A stretch of DNA of 64,000 nucleotides from a candidate division FCPU426 bacterium (GTDB taxonomy: Bacteria; Oederibacteriota; Muellerivitia; Muellerivitales; Muellerivitaceae). The notes below the pieces were generated by a model. That model was given only the letters and a program-made list of their open reading frames with translations. It did no database searches and was not told the DNA's origin. The translations under genes were made by a program, and so were the position numbers. Of this stretch, positions 29,495-40,126 are shown piece by piece; positions within the stretch are counted from its first letter, which is position 1; every line of letters begins with the position of its first letter. The stretch spans positions 128,001 to 192,000 of the forward strand of contig CAVRAL010000004.1 in assembly GCA_963719085.1 (NCBI GenBank). Direction: 5' to 3'.

Positions 29495-30664
29495 TTAACG
29501 AAGATGAGCGGCTTTGCGGAGCGCGGCGGCCTTGTCCGTCTTTTCCCAGGTAAAGTCCTTGTCCACCCGGCCGAAATGGCCGTAAGCGGCGGTCTTCTGG
29601 TAAATCGGGCGGCGCAAATTCAGCGCCTTGATGATGCCCCGGGGCGTCAGGTCAAACACCTTGCGCACGACCTGGGTGATCTGTTCCTCGGGCAACTTGC
29701 CCGTGCCGAAGGTGTTCACCAAAACGCTGGTGGGCTCCACCACGCCGATGGCGTAGGAAATCTGCACCTCGCATTGGTCGGCCAAACCGGCGGCCACGAT
29801 ATTCTTGGCCACCCAGCGCGCGGCGTAAGCGGCCGAGCGGTCCACCTTGGACGGATCCTTGCCGGAGAAAGCGCCGCCGCCGTGACGGCCATAGCCGCCG
29901 TAGGTGTCGACGATGATCTTGCGGCCCGTGAGGCCGGTGTCGCCCAAAGGTCCGCCGATTTCAAAACGGCCGGTCGGGTTGACGAAAATTTTGGTTTTGG
30001 AATCGATCATGCTGGACGGGATCACCGGCCGGATGACATGGCGTAAAATATCCGCCTTGAGTTTGGCTTGGCTGATCGGCGCGTGCTGGGTGGACAAAAC
30101 CACCGCGTCCACGCGGGCGGGTTTGCCGCCGATATATTCCACCGAAACCTGGCTCTTACCATCGGGACGGAGGTATTTGAGCTTTCCATTCTTGCGCACC
30201 TTGGCCAATTTCTCGACCAAGCGGTGGGCCAGCATGATGGGAAGCGGCATCAATTCCGGCGTCTCACGGTTGGCGAAACCGAACATCATGCCTTGGTCGC
30301 CGGCGCCGCCGGTATCCACGCCCATGGCGATGTCAGGCGATTGGCGGTTGATGGCAACGGTCACGCCGGCCGTGTCAGCGTCGAGGCCTGCTTTGGCGTC
30401 CAGGTATCCGATTTTGCGGATGGCGCCACGGATGATTTCGGGCCAATTGACTTGAGCGTTGGTGGTGATCTCGCCGGCCACAACCACCCAGTTGCAGGTG
30501 AGGAGGGTTTCACAAGCCACACGGCTCAGGGGATCTTGTTTTAAGCAGGCGTCCAAAATAGCGTCGGAGACTTGGTCGGCGACTTTATCCGGATGACCTT
30601 CGGTGACGGATTCGGAGGTAAAGAAAAACCGCTCTCTTCCCAGCGGCGACAACGCGCTTTTCAT
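29495..30664 (-). CDS. metK: S-adenosylmethionine synthetase
   Basis: [53 protein letters not shown]. Confidence 0.97.
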   Translation of the reverse strand: MKSALSPLGRERFFFTSESVTEGHPDKVADQVSDAILDACLKQDPLSRVACETLLTCNWVVVAGEITTNAQVNWPEIIRGAIRKIGYLDAKAGLDADTAGVTVAINRQSPDIAMGVDTGGAGDQGMMFGFANRETPELMPLPIMLAHRLVEKLAKVRKNGKLKYLRPDGKSQVSVEYIGGKPARVDAVVLSTQHAPISQAKLKADILRHVIRPVIPSSMIDSKTKIFVNPTGRFEIGGPLGDTGLTGRKIIVDTYGGYGRHGGGAFSGKDPSKVDRSAAYAARWVAKNIVAAGLADQCEVQISYAIGVVEPTSVLVNTFGTGKLPEEQITQVVRKVFDLTPRGIIKALNLRRPIYQKTAAYGHFGRVDKDFTWEKTDKAAALRKAAHLR

Positions 30665-30774
30665 AGTGAAGCTCCTTAAGAATTGAAGTTGACGGCAACA
30701 ACCACAAAAAAGTCGGATAAACCGGGGGCGTGGGTTGGCTTTAAAGCGACCAGCATTTTCGCCTAGGAGGCCCC

Positions 30775-30812
30775 AAAAGAAAAGCCCTTATTCCATTTAA
30801 GAATAAGGGCTT
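30775..30812 (-). terminator. Intrinsic terminator of the carbohydrate ABC operon
   Basis: Minus strand aagcccttattc-ttaaatg-gaataagggctt-ttctttt. Confidence 0.8.
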
Positions 30813-30835
30813 CTTGAGGATTCCTAAAGCGACGG

Positions 30836-31780
30836 CTATTTCAAACCGGTGGTGGCAATTCCTTGGATGAAGTAGCGCTGTCCGATCAGGAACATCAAGG
30901 CGATCGGGATCGAGATTAAAAGCGAGGCGGCCATCAACAGGTGATAGTCGCTTCCATAGAGGGACATGAAGTTTTGAAGGCCCAAGGTCAGGGTCTGTTT
31001 GTCATCCGAGGTCAGGTAAAGCAGGGGGTTCAGGAAGTCGTTCCAGTTATAAACAAAGGAGAAGACCGCCACGGTGACCAGCGCGGGTTTGCAGAGGGGC
31101 AAAAGAATACGCCAGAAAACCCCGAAATCGGTGCAACCGTCGATCTTGGCGGCCTCGTCCATTTCGTAAGGAATGCTCATGAAAAACTGGCGCATCAAGA
31201 AGATGTTATAAGCCCCGCCGCCCAGCCAGGCCGGGATGATCAGGGGATAAAAAGTATTGTCCCAGCCAAATCCCCGGGCGAAAAGGAAGAAGGTGGGGAT
31301 CATGGTGACCTGGGTCGGCACCATCAAGGTGGCCAGGCAAAGCATAAAAAGGAAGTTGCGGCCCGGAAACCGGAGCCGGGCGAAGGCGAAGGCCACCAGC
31401 GAGGAGGACAAGGTCGTTCCCACGCAGGAAGTGATCGTAATGATCAGCGTGTTCACCAAGTAAGTCGTGAAATTGACGCCTTGGATGGTGAAGCCCAAAA
31501 AGGTCCAGGTGTCGTCCGCGTAGACGCCCTTGCCCGTGTTGGGGTTGAGCACGTTCCAAGCGTTGGGATAATTCTGAAGCTGAAGGGGATGGGGGATCCA
31601 AATCGGCGGGATCCGGGAAACATCCGTCGGCAGTTTAAAGGAAGTCGAGAGCATCCAAAGAATCGGAAACAGCATCAGCAAGGATCCGATAATCAGAAGA
31701 ACCGAAACCACCACTTTGGTGATCGCTTCGTTGCGGCGTTTGCTAGCCCAATGGCTCATCACTTTTTCAGGCATTTCCAT
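30836..31780 (-). CDS. Carbohydrate ABC transporter permease (MalG/CUT1 type)
   Basis: FPILWMLSTSFK, AFARLRFPGR, EAAKIDGC EAA loop, WNDFLNPL. Confidence 0.92.
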   Translation of the reverse strand: MEMPEKVMSHWASKRRNEAITKVVVSVLLIIGSLLMLFPILWMLSTSFKLPTDVSRIPPIWIPHPLQLQNYPNAWNVLNPNTGKGVYADDTWTFLGFTIQGVNFTTYLVNTLIITITSCVGTTLSSSLVAFAFARLRFPGRNFLFMLCLATLMVPTQVTMIPTFFLFARGFGWDNTFYPLIIPAWLGGGAYNIFLMRQFFMSIPYEMDEAAKIDGCTDFGVFWRILLPLCKPALVTVAVFSFVYNWNDFLNPLLYLTSDDKQTLTLGLQNFMSLYGSDYHLLMAASLLISIPIALMFLIGQRYFIQGIATTGLK

Positions 31781-31828
31781 TCCACCTTAAAAAGAAGTTG
31801 ATCCCCGCGGGACCTCATCCGAAAACAA

Positions 31829-32746
31829 CTATTTGCGAAGCTCACCCTCGTAATAAACCCACTTGGAATATTTAAACTGAACCCAAGTCACCGCCATGAT
31901 CACCAAAAACAACACGCAAGCCAAAGCCGAGGCGTAGCCCATTTGGTAATAATCGAAGGCCTTTTTATAAATATAGAGGACCATCACCAGGGTAGAATTG
32001 GCCGGCCCGCCCAACCCGTTGGTCATGATGAAAACTTGGTTGAAGATTTGGAACGAGGTCACGATGCCGATGATGAGCTGAAAAAAGATGACCGGGGAAA
32101 GCCCCGGTAAGGTCACGGTCCAAAACTGCTGCCACTTGTTGGCCCCGTCGATGTCGGCGGCCTCATAAAGCGTGGTCGGGATGCCCTGCAAGCCCGCCAA
32201 GTAAATGATCATGCCCGCGCCCACGCCCCAAAAGCTTTGGATGATCAGGGCCGGCTTGCTCCAGATTTCGCTGGCCAGCCATCCCGGACAATCCTTGATG
32301 GGGATTCCGGTGAAAACCGAGATGAAATAGTTCATCAAGCCGTGGTCGGCGTCAAAGATCCATTTCCACAGCATGGCCACCGCCACGCTGGCGCCCATGA
32401 CCGAAGGCAGGTAAAACACCGTGCGGAAAAAGCCGATGCCCTTCACTTTTTGGTTCATCAAAAGCGCCACGATGATCGACAAAGCCATCCCGATGGGAAC
32501 GGAAAGGACGGTGAAATAAAAGGTGTTGCCCAAGGCCTTCCAAAAAAGGTTGTCATGGATCATTTGGATGTAGTTGTTCAGCCCGATGAACTTCGGCGGG
32601 ACAAAAAGCCCGTCCCATTGGAAAAGCGAAAGTCCGAAAGCCGCGATAATGGGCCCCGCCATTAAAAAAATCAGCCAAACCAAAAAAGGAGAGATGAAAA
32701 CAAAAGCGCTGATGGCTTCTTTTCTTTCAGCCGACGTAAAGGGCAT
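31829..32746 (-). CDS. Carbohydrate ABC transporter permease (MalF/CUT1 type)
   Basis: FIGLNNY, FRTVFYLP, LAGLQGIP..LYEAADIDGA, GYASA. Confidence 0.92.
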   Translation of the reverse strand: MPFTSAERKEAISAFVFISPFLVWLIFLMAGPIIAAFGLSLFQWDGLFVPPKFIGLNNYIQMIHDNLFWKALGNTFYFTVLSVPIGMALSIIVALLMNQKVKGIGFFRTVFYLPSVMGASVAVAMLWKWIFDADHGLMNYFISVFTGIPIKDCPGWLASEIWSKPALIIQSFWGVGAGMIIYLAGLQGIPTTLYEAADIDGANKWQQFWTVTLPGLSPVIFFQLIIGIVTSFQIFNQVFIMTNGLGGPANSTLVMVLYIYKKAFDYYQMGYASALACVLFLVIMAVTWVQFKYSKWVYYEGELRK

Positions 32747-32763
32747 ACGGGTCTCCTTAAAAG

Positions 32764-34059
32764 TTAGTTGGTTTGGGGTGGATTTTTATCAAGTTCGGAC
32801 CTGAGGCTGTCCATGGCTTCCTTGGCCGTCTCGGTGCCGTTCCAAACCCGGTCCAGCTCCGGACCCATAATGCTGTCATGCACCTCAAACCAGTTTTTGC
32901 ACATGGGGTTGTACTTCACATATTGCATGGCGTCCAAAATCATTTTTTTGTTTTGGGGATCCTGCCCGTTCAAGAAGGTCGGCGAATTGGCCACGCTCAT
33001 GATGGCGGGCTGGGCCAATCCGGTGGCGGCCAAAGCCTGGGCGCCTTCGGCTCCGGAGATGTATTTCACCAGCTCCCAAGCCTCTTGCTTGTGTTTACAG
33101 CTCTTCAAGATGCCGTAGCCCGAGCCGCCGGTGGAAAAGCCGCGGTAGCCCTCGGGGTTTTTCGGGAACATGACCACGTCCCATTTGAAGTCCTTGATTT
33201 CGCTGAACTGGGGCACTTTCCAGAGTCCGGAGAAATACATGGCCGCGGAGCCGTTCTCGAACATATCGGCCGTACCCACGCCACCCATGGCCGCCAAACC
33301 GGCGGGCTGAGGCATGACTTTATATTTGTTCATCAGGTCGGAGCGGAATTGGATGCCCCGAAGCGAGTTGGAATCGGTGGCGAAGGTCCACTTGGTGGGC
33401 TTCTTCACGTCGTCGGCGAAACTGCCGCCCGCGTCATAAACCCAGGCGTCCCAGATGGGCCACTCGTCGATGAATCCCCAGCGGGTGACTTTGCCGGAAG
33501 CATCGGTTTTCATGACCCGCTTGGCGTCCAAAACAAAATCATTCCAGTCCCAGTTATCGGTGGGATAAGCCACATGGGCCTCGTCAAAGGCCTTCTTGTT
33601 GTAATAAATCACCGCGATGGGCGCGGTGTCGCGGGGGATGACATAGGTGTTTCCGTCGGCCGTGAAGCGGTCAACAACCGCGGGATAGTAGTCGGCCAGG
33701 CTGAAATTATCCTTCTGCATAAAAGGCGTCAAAGGCTCCAAGGCGCCGCGCAGGTAAAGGTCGGTGAAATTATTGACTTCCACGAAAATGACGTCCGGCG
33801 CGATACCGCCCACCACTTCGGTCAACAATTTCGGGACATACTGGCTGAAAGGAATGCGTTCCAATTGGACATGGATGCCGGGATGGGTTTTCTCAAACTC
33901 GGCGATCAGATTAACGAGGATGACGTTTTCTTGAAGGTCGCCCCAAGAGGATATCTTGATGGTGGTTCCGTCTTCTTTGGACCCGCATCCATTCAAACCA
34001 AGAAACGATATAACGCTAAAACACGCGAGGACCAACATCGACAGACGAAAGTTTCTCAC
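32764..34059 (-). CDS. Oligosaccharide ABC transporter substrate-binding lipoprotein
   Basis: GTG start with GGAGG; lipobox LNGC; FEKTHPGIHV, YYNKKAFD, WDWNDF, WDVVMFP. Confidence 0.9.
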   Translation of the reverse strand: MRNFRLSMLVLACFSVISFLGLNGCGSKEDGTTIKISSWGDLQENVILVNLIAEFEKTHPGIHVQLERIPFSQYVPKLLTEVVGGIAPDVIFVEVNNFTDLYLRGALEPLTPFMQKDNFSLADYYPAVVDRFTADGNTYVIPRDTAPIAVIYYNKKAFDEAHVAYPTDNWDWNDFVLDAKRVMKTDASGKVTRWGFIDEWPIWDAWVYDAGGSFADDVKKPTKWTFATDSNSLRGIQFRSDLMNKYKVMPQPAGLAAMGGVGTADMFENGSAAMYFSGLWKVPQFSEIKDFKWDVVMFPKNPEGYRGFSTGGSGYGILKSCKHKQEAWELVKYISGAEGAQALAATGLAQPAIMSVANSPTFLNGQDPQNKKMILDAMQYVKYNPMCKNWFEVHDSIMGPELDRVWNGTETAKEAMDSLRSELDKNPPQTN

Positions 34060-34267
34060 AAAACCTCCTGAAGCCGTCCAATTTGGGAATCTTTTTTAGA
34101 AAACCGCGGAGAAATACTGGAAAACCGAATAAGTATGTCACAGGGCCCAGGGAGCGTCAACGTGAAAAAAACCAAAAGCCCTCCCGGCTCAAATTTTCAA
34201 CCCGAACGCTGGCCCCAAGGTTAAAATCCCCCTCCTAAACAACTTTAAGTCCTTCGGAGGAATCAAA

Positions 34268-36499
34268 ATGGCGGCCCAATCCAGGGTGTTCTTTTTGCTT
34301 TTATTTCTAAGCCTCTCGCGGACCACCGCTTGGGCGGCTCCCCTTTCCGACGCGGCGCTGGACAATAAAGTGAACGCCCTCTTGGGCAAAATGACCCTGG
34401 CGGAAAAAATCGGCCAGATGGTTCAATATAACAACTGGGCCACCGCCTCGGTGGAGGCCCAGACGGACATCGCCCAGGGCAAGGTCGGCTCCTTCCTCAA
34501 TACGGTGGGCGCCAAACAAATCAATGAGCTTCAAAAAATCGCCGTGGAACAATCCCGCCTCCATATCCCCATGCTTTTTGGATTGGACGTGATCCACGGC
34601 TACAAAACCATCTTCCCCATTCCCTTGGCCGAGGATTGCGCTTGGAATCCGGACCTGCTGGAACAATGCGAGGGCGTGGCCGCCCATGAATCCGCCGCCG
34701 CCGGCATCCGCTGGACCTTCGCGCCCATGGTGGATGTGACCCGGGAGCCGCGCTGGGGCCGCATCGCCGAAGGCTCGGGCGAGGATCCTTTTTTGGGCTC
34801 GATCTTGGCCGCCGCCCGGGTGAAAGGCTTCCAAGGCGCCTCGCTTTCGGATCCGGGCTCGATCGCCGCCTGCGCCAAACATTACGTGGGTTACGGCGCG
34901 GTTGAGGCGGGGCGGGAATATAACACCACCGACATGTCCGAAGTGACCTTGCGGGACATCCACCTGCCGCCCTTTAAAGCCGCCGCCGACGCCGGTGCGC
35001 GCACCTTTATGAGCGCCTTCAACGACCTTAACGGCGTTCCCGCTTCCGGAAATGTTTACACCCTGCGGGGCATCCTCAAAGGCGAGTGGGGGTTTAAAGG
35101 TTTCGTGGTTTCGGATTGGGATTCGGTGGCCGAATTGGTCACCCACGGCTACGCGGCGGATGACAAAGACGCGGCCCGGAAAGGCCTCTTGGCCGGCGTG
35201 GATATGGACATGCACAGCAAGGTGTACAGCCAATATTTGGCCCAACTGGTGCAGGAGAAAAAAATTCCGGTCGCCCTCATTAACGACGCCGCCCGGCGTA
35301 TTTTAAAGGTCAAGTTTGAGCTGGGTCTTTTCGAACACCCCTACGCGGATGAAAGCGCGGAAGACGCCGCCATGATGACCGACGCGAACCGGGCCCTGGC
35401 CCTTCAGGAAGCCCAACAGTCCATTGTGCTTCTTAAAAACGATAAAAATCTTTTGCCGCTGGGCAAAGACTTAAAAACCATCGCCGTCATCGGTACCCTG
35501 GCCGATTCCAAGATCGACCCCTTGGGTCCCTGGCATTGCCAAGGTGAAAAAGTTCAAGACCAAGTCATCACCGTATTAAAAGGAATCCAGGACAAACTAG
35601 GCGCTTCCACTCGTGTGCTTTACGCCCCCGGCGTGGACGTGACCCAAGCGGACGCGCCCCAATCGTTGATTGACCAGGCGGTCAACACGGCTAAACAAGC
35701 CCAAGTGGCGATTGTGGTGGCAGGCGAAAGGCAATCCATGAGCGGCGAGGCCGAAAGCCGCACCTCGCTGGATTTGCCGGGCCGGCAGGAAGAAATGATT
35801 GAGCAAATCGAAAAGACCGGCGTCCCTGTGGTGCTCGTCTTGATGAACGGCCGTCCCTTGACGATTCCCTGGGAAGCCGATCACTTGCCCGCGATCGTGG
35901 AAAGCTGGTTTTTAGGCGTGGAACAAGGCGCGGCCGTGGCCGATGTGCTCTTCGGCGACGCGGTGCCTTGCGGCAAATTGGCCGTCACCTTCCCCCGTAA
36001 TTTGGGCCAGGTCCCGATTTATTACGCCCACCGCAACACGGGCCGTCCTTATAAAGGAGATCCCAACAACAAGTGGTGCTCCAAATACATCGACTCGCCC
36101 AACACACCCCAGTTTCCTTTCGGGTATGGCTTAAGCTACACGACTTTTGACTATTCCAATTTGGTTTTAAGCTCAGGAACTTTGGGATTGAAGGGGACGC
36201 TCAAAATAACCGCCGATGTCAAAAACAGCGGCGCCCAAGCCGGCGTTGAGATTGTCCAGCTTTATATCCAGGACAAAACAGCCAGCATCACCCAGCCGGT
36301 CAAACGATTGGTGGACTTTAAACGGGTGGAACTAAAACCAGGTGAGACACAAACGATCGAGTTTGACCTGCCGGCCTCAAAACTGGGATTCTCGAATGAA
36401 AAAGGAAAAACCGTGGTGGAACCGGGCTCGTTCGGCCTGTGGGTGGCCCGGGATTCGGCGGATGAGACCCTGGCCGGGAGCTTTACGTTAGTCCCCTAG
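34268..36499 (+). CDS. bglX: Periplasmic GH3 beta-glucosidase
   Basis: Signal peptide; DVIHG, PRWGRIAEGSGED, KHYVGY, VSDW nucleophile, SGEAESR, FPFGYGLSYT, FnIII tail. Confidence 0.93.
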   Translation: MAAQSRVFFLLLFLSLSRTTAWAAPLSDAALDNKVNALLGKMTLAEKIGQMVQYNNWATASVEAQTDIAQGKVGSFLNTVGAKQINELQKIAVEQSRLHIPMLFGLDVIHGYKTIFPIPLAEDCAWNPDLLEQCEGVAAHESAAAGIRWTFAPMVDVTREPRWGRIAEGSGEDPFLGSILAAARVKGFQGASLSDPGSIAACAKHYVGYGAVEAGREYNTTDMSEVTLRDIHLPPFKAAADAGARTFMSAFNDLNGVPASGNVYTLRGILKGEWGFKGFVVSDWDSVAELVTHGYAADDKDAARKGLLAGVDMDMHSKVYSQYLAQLVQEKKIPVALINDAARRILKVKFELGLFEHPYADESAEDAAMMTDANRALALQEAQQSIVLLKNDKNLLPLGKDLKTIAVIGTLADSKIDPLGPWHCQGEKVQDQVITVLKGIQDKLGASTRVLYAPGVDVTQADAPQSLIDQAVNTAKQAQVAIVVAGERQSMSGEAESRTSLDLPGRQEEMIEQIEKTGVPVVLVLMNGRPLTIPWEADHLPAIVESWFLGVEQGAAVADVLFGDAVPCGKLAVTFPRNLGQVPIYYAHRNTGRPYKGDPNNKWCSKYIDSPNTPQFPFGYGLSYTTFDYSNLVLSSGTLGLKGTLKITADVKNSGAQAGVEIVQLYIQDKTASITQPVKRLVDFKRVELKPGETQTIEFDLPASKLGFSNEKGKTVVEPGSFGLWVARDSADETLAGSFTLVP

Positions 36500-36533
36500 G
36501 AGGCCGATGCTTGGCAACCGATTGGGTTAAAAT

Positions 36534-36590
36534 CCCCTCTCCCCCGCTTGTCCCCTTGCGGGATCGAGGGAGAGCGCCAGGGCGAGGGGT
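36534..36590. repeat. REP-like CCCCTCTCCC...GGGAGAG..AGGG.GAGGGG element between convergent genes
   Basis: cccctctcccccgc...gaggggagagcgccagggcgagggg imperfect palindrome. Confidence 0.55.
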
Positions 36591-36602
36591 AAAAATTAAG
36601 AG

Positions 36603-39362
36603 TTACTGAAAAACTTCCGCCGGAACGACGGCAAAATTATTGTCACCCGGCAGGGACCAAAGCAAGGAAATGGACGAATAACCATCCGAGCGGTAATAAA
36701 TTTTAATCGAGTGGCGGCCCGGCAATAAATCCACGATTCCCGATCCATAACGTTCCAAGGGGATCACATCCTGGCCATCCACCACCAGCCGGCCCTGGTC
36801 GCTGGGGTCCATCGCCAGCATAAAATGGTAAAATCCGCTTTTCGTGATCCGAAGCGATCCTTCCCAGGAAGCCGATCCGCCCCGGACGGAAAAATCATTT
36901 CCATTGGTGTAGTTCAACAAGGGTTCCTGTTGTCCCAAAATGGGTTTGCCGCTCCAATCATCGCTGTCAAAATATTTGGCCAATAAGCCTAAGGGCACTT
37001 GCACGGGCGTGGCGTTATCCGCGTCCAATGGAACATGGATGCCGTTATCCCCGACCAATTCCAGCCTGAGCGGCGCCGCTCCCGCCGTCCGGTTCCAGCT
37101 CACCTGGATCGGGACATAACCCGCCGTCAAAGCCGCCGCGCCCAGCACCGGGACGCCGTTGGCCTTCCAAGAAACCGTTCCATCCGAATGATTGACCAAC
37201 CGGTACTTTCCCTGCACCCCGACAAAGAGGCTTCCGGTGAAAGAGGCGCGCACGGGTCCATTGGGAATCCCTTGGGGGAATTGATTCAACAGCGTCACCG
37301 CTCCCCCGTTGAACTGGGCCTTAAGTCCCTTGCACCGCGCCCACTCGGAAGCGGGCACCTCGAAGAAATAAAGGAAGGGTCGGCCGGTCGGGTCGAGCTG
37401 TTCCGTGACCTTGCCTTGCGGGTAAAGATTTTGGAGCGCTTCTAAAATTCCGGCCCGGCCCGCGTCAAAGCCGTAAAAAAGCCCGTGGTCGCCGGGAACG
37501 CTCAGCGGCATCAAGGAGTCCGGAAGTTTAAACGGCTTCAATTCCGGGAGGCATTGGTAGGCGTAAAAATTAACCGAGTAATGATTGTAATAACGCGGGG
37601 AGATGAAGGACGCGTAGCCCGGCCCCTTTTCGCCGATGGCTTTGCCGAGCGAGGATTCGGTAATGGAATACTCGGACCAACAAGCGTAATTGGTCCCCTG
37701 CATATTGAAGTAAACGTTGAAATTTTCCACCGTCATAAAGATCAGGGCCAGTCCCAAAAGCGCCAAGAAAACCCTTTCGCCTATTTTCCCCGCCCAGGCC
37801 TGGGCCTGGCCCCAAAGCGCCGACAGGGGCGCCGCGATCAAAAACGCGATGAAAGGCGTCATGCCCAGCATGCGGTTGGCGTGGGCCGCGTCGATGGAAA
37901 AAATACAAGGAATACTCATGACGAAAAAACCCACCACGGCGTAAAAATACCCGCGCTCTCGCGCGCGCGCCAAGGCGTAAACCAAGCCTAAGATGAGCAG
38001 CACGCCCGAAACGTCATCCAACATGCGGTAGTCCTGCAGGTTGTGGCGGGGATTGGGGTCGCCCTGGCGGTTGAACATCAAGGCCGTTTTATCCAGCACG
38101 TTGAAGAAAGGCTGCAAGCTATGCGCGGCCTTCAATTGGGGCACGATGGAAAGTTCGGACTCCCGGGTGCCCATATTGTGGGTGGCCACCATGTCGTACC
38201 AAACCGGGCCCGTCAGGGCCAAGGCTAACCCTAGGAAAAGCAGGATGTTCTTGGCGTTTTTCAACAGCGCCTTGCGGTTGGTGGCGATCTCATAAATCGC
38301 GTACGGAATTAGAAGAACCGGGAAAACCTTGAAGGCCTGATAGGTATAGAAGCCCGCCGTGAAAAAAAGCGAGGACACCACAAAAGACCAACGTTTGTTT
38401 TGCTTCAAGCCGTAGATCAGAAAGGCCAGCGTCCCAAACATGTAAAAAGGCACCTGGACCGTGGGAAAGGCGTTGCGGCTGAAATTAATGTTCCAGCGCA
38501 TGACCGCCAAAACGAAAAGCGAAAGCAGGGCCATCCGGGGCCCGGCCAACTGCCGGAAGGTCCAATAGATCAGGGGGAAGGTGGCCATGACCATCAGCAC
38601 GAAAAAAAGCTTCAGGGTGAAATCGGAAGCGCCCACCACGGCAAAAAAAGCCGCGATCTGGTAAAGCACCAGGGCGTAATTATGGTAGATATCCTCAACA
38701 TAAAAGGGATGCCAGCCCTCATGCAAAATCCGAAGCGCGGAATAACCCTCGTAGCCTTGGTCGATAAAAAGCCCCGCGGGGAAATGGTTCAATTGGTAAA
38801 CCCGCATAAACAGGGCGACCGCCATGACAACCCAGAAAATTATTTTTTCTTTGGTCAATACCCAGCCGGACTCGGCGGGTCCCGGCTTAAACCAAGGCCC
38901 TAAAGCGCCGAGCCAAAGCAAAACCGCCCCCAGATAATAAAAAGCGCCGATAACCAGCGTGACCGGCCTCGCGGCCTGGATCCAATAGATCTGTCCCATC
39001 ACGGCCAGCATCAAAGCCGCCAAAAGGGCCAAGAGCCGGTAAAAATCCATGGCGCTAAAGAGCGGTTTGGAAACGTCCCACTTGAAGGCGGATTTGGATC
39101 CTTTGGTTTCGGAGGTTTTCGATCTTACGGCCCCGGCCTTTGTTGGCTTGAAATTAATCCGGGGGTTAAACAAATCAAAGAACCCCGCCAGCCAGATGAG
39201 GGCGACGAAAAGGGAAATCACCATGCCCAACACCGCGCTTCCCTTCAAACAAAGAACTTGCGCCGCCAGAAACAGGACCGCTAGCAAAGCAGTCCCCAGG
39301 GGGCTGGTAATGGGATTGGCGCTCTTTGAACTATTTTTGTTCCGCGGTTTGGAAGAAGCCAT
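36603..39362 (-). CDS. ArnT/PMT-like (GT83/GT39) GT-C glycosyltransferase with C-terminal PA14 domain(s)
   Basis: LFMRVYQL..FP.GLFIDQ, WNINFSR, many TM helices; GLLAKYF...WSG, ASWEGSL....G.Y.F PA14 pattern. Confidence 0.82.
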   Translation of the reverse strand: MASSKPRNKNSSKSANPITSPLGTALLAVLFLAAQVLCLKGSAVLGMVISLFVALIWLAGFFDLFNPRINFKPTKAGAVRSKTSETKGSKSAFKWDVSKPLFSAMDFYRLLALLAALMLAVMGQIYWIQAARPVTLVIGAFYYLGAVLLWLGALGPWFKPGPAESGWVLTKEKIIFWVVMAVALFMRVYQLNHFPAGLFIDQGYEGYSALRILHEGWHPFYVEDIYHNYALVLYQIAAFFAVVGASDFTLKLFFVLMVMATFPLIYWTFRQLAGPRMALLSLFVLAVMRWNINFSRNAFPTVQVPFYMFGTLAFLIYGLKQNKRWSFVVSSLFFTAGFYTYQAFKVFPVLLIPYAIYEIATNRKALLKNAKNILLFLGLALALTGPVWYDMVATHNMGTRESELSIVPQLKAAHSLQPFFNVLDKTALMFNRQGDPNPRHNLQDYRMLDDVSGVLLILGLVYALARARERGYFYAVVGFFVMSIPCIFSIDAAHANRMLGMTPFIAFLIAAPLSALWGQAQAWAGKIGERVFLALLGLALIFMTVENFNVYFNMQGTNYACWSEYSITESSLGKAIGEKGPGYASFISPRYYNHYSVNFYAYQCLPELKPFKLPDSLMPLSVPGDHGLFYGFDAGRAGILEALQNLYPQGKVTEQLDPTGRPFLYFFEVPASEWARCKGLKAQFNGGAVTLLNQFPQGIPNGPVRASFTGSLFVGVQGKYRLVNHSDGTVSWKANGVPVLGAAALTAGYVPIQVSWNRTAGAAPLRLELVGDNGIHVPLDADNATPVQVPLGLLAKYFDSDDWSGKPILGQQEPLLNYTNGNDFSVRGGSASWEGSLRITKSGFYHFMLAMDPSDQGRLVVDGQDVIPLERYGSGIVDLLPGRHSIKIYYRSDGYSSISLLWSLPGDNNFAVVPAEVFQ

Positions 39363-39403
39363 TTCATCTCCTTAAGAAGGGGTTTAAAACACTCAACCTC
39401 GGA

Positions 39404-40126
39404 TTAACGCGCGGACTCAAACCCTTTGAGCCGCAAAGCCAAGGCCCTTCCCAGGTATTTTAAAAGCGTGGAAAGGCCCAGTTTGGATTCGCCTTGGGTG
39501 CGGTCGATGAACTCGATGGGGGATTCCTGAATCCGGAGCTTCGCTTGGGTGCATCGGAATAAAATCTCAGAAACCGTGAAGGGGCCCCGGGCGTTGAGGG
39601 TTTTCACTTTAATCCGGCGCAGCGCTTCCTTGGAAAAGGCGCGGAACCCCGAAGTGGGGTCTTTGGGCTTCAGCCCTAAAACCAGCTTGAGATAGTAGCG
39701 CGCGAAATTACTGGTCATCTGCCGGTGGAAGGGGCGGTCCATGTCTTTTCCGCCGGGCATATAGCGGCTTCCAATGACCACATCGGCTTTCCCGGATAAA
39801 ATCGGGGCGACTAAGTTTTTAATGAATTTCGGCTGATGGGAAAGATCGGCGTCCATCTCCACCACCACGTCCGCGCCCATGGACAAGGCCTTTACGAACC
39901 CATCCCGGCCCGCCCAACCCCGGCCCTTGATCTCGCGGCCGCGAAGAAGCAGATGAAGTTTTTTGTCTTTTTTGGCCAGCTTGCGCACTTCCACAAAAGT
40001 CTCATCGGGCGAGGAATCGTCCACCACCAGCACCTGGACTTGGGGGGCGTCCTTGCGGAAAAGCTTCATCAAGGGGGCGATATTTTTTCTTTCGTTATAG
40101 GTGGGCACCATGGCGATGACTTTCAT
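39404..40126 (-). CDS. Polyprenol-monophosphate-sugar synthase (GT2, Ppm1/DPM1-like)
   Basis: VPTYNERKNI, VDDSSPD, EMDADLSH, GSRY, DPTSGFR, PIEFIDR..GESK. Confidence 0.9.
   Translation of the reverse strand: MKVIAMVPTYNERKNIAPLMKLFRKDAPQVQVLVVDDSSPDETFVEVRKLAKKDKKLHLLLRGREIKGRGWAGRDGFVKALSMGADVVVEMDADLSHQPKFIKNLVAPILSGKADVVIGSRYMPGGKDMDRPFHRQMTSNFARYYLKLVLGLKPKDPTSGFRAFSKEALRRIKVKTLNARGPFTVSEILFRCTQAKLRIQESPIEFIDRTQGESKLGLSTLLKYLGRALALRLKGFESAR

Noticed and set aside
32773..34071. 432-aa plus-strand ORF (and similar long antisense ORFs elsewhere)
   Set aside because: Mirror frame of the substrate-binding protein, expected from GC-rich codon bias.
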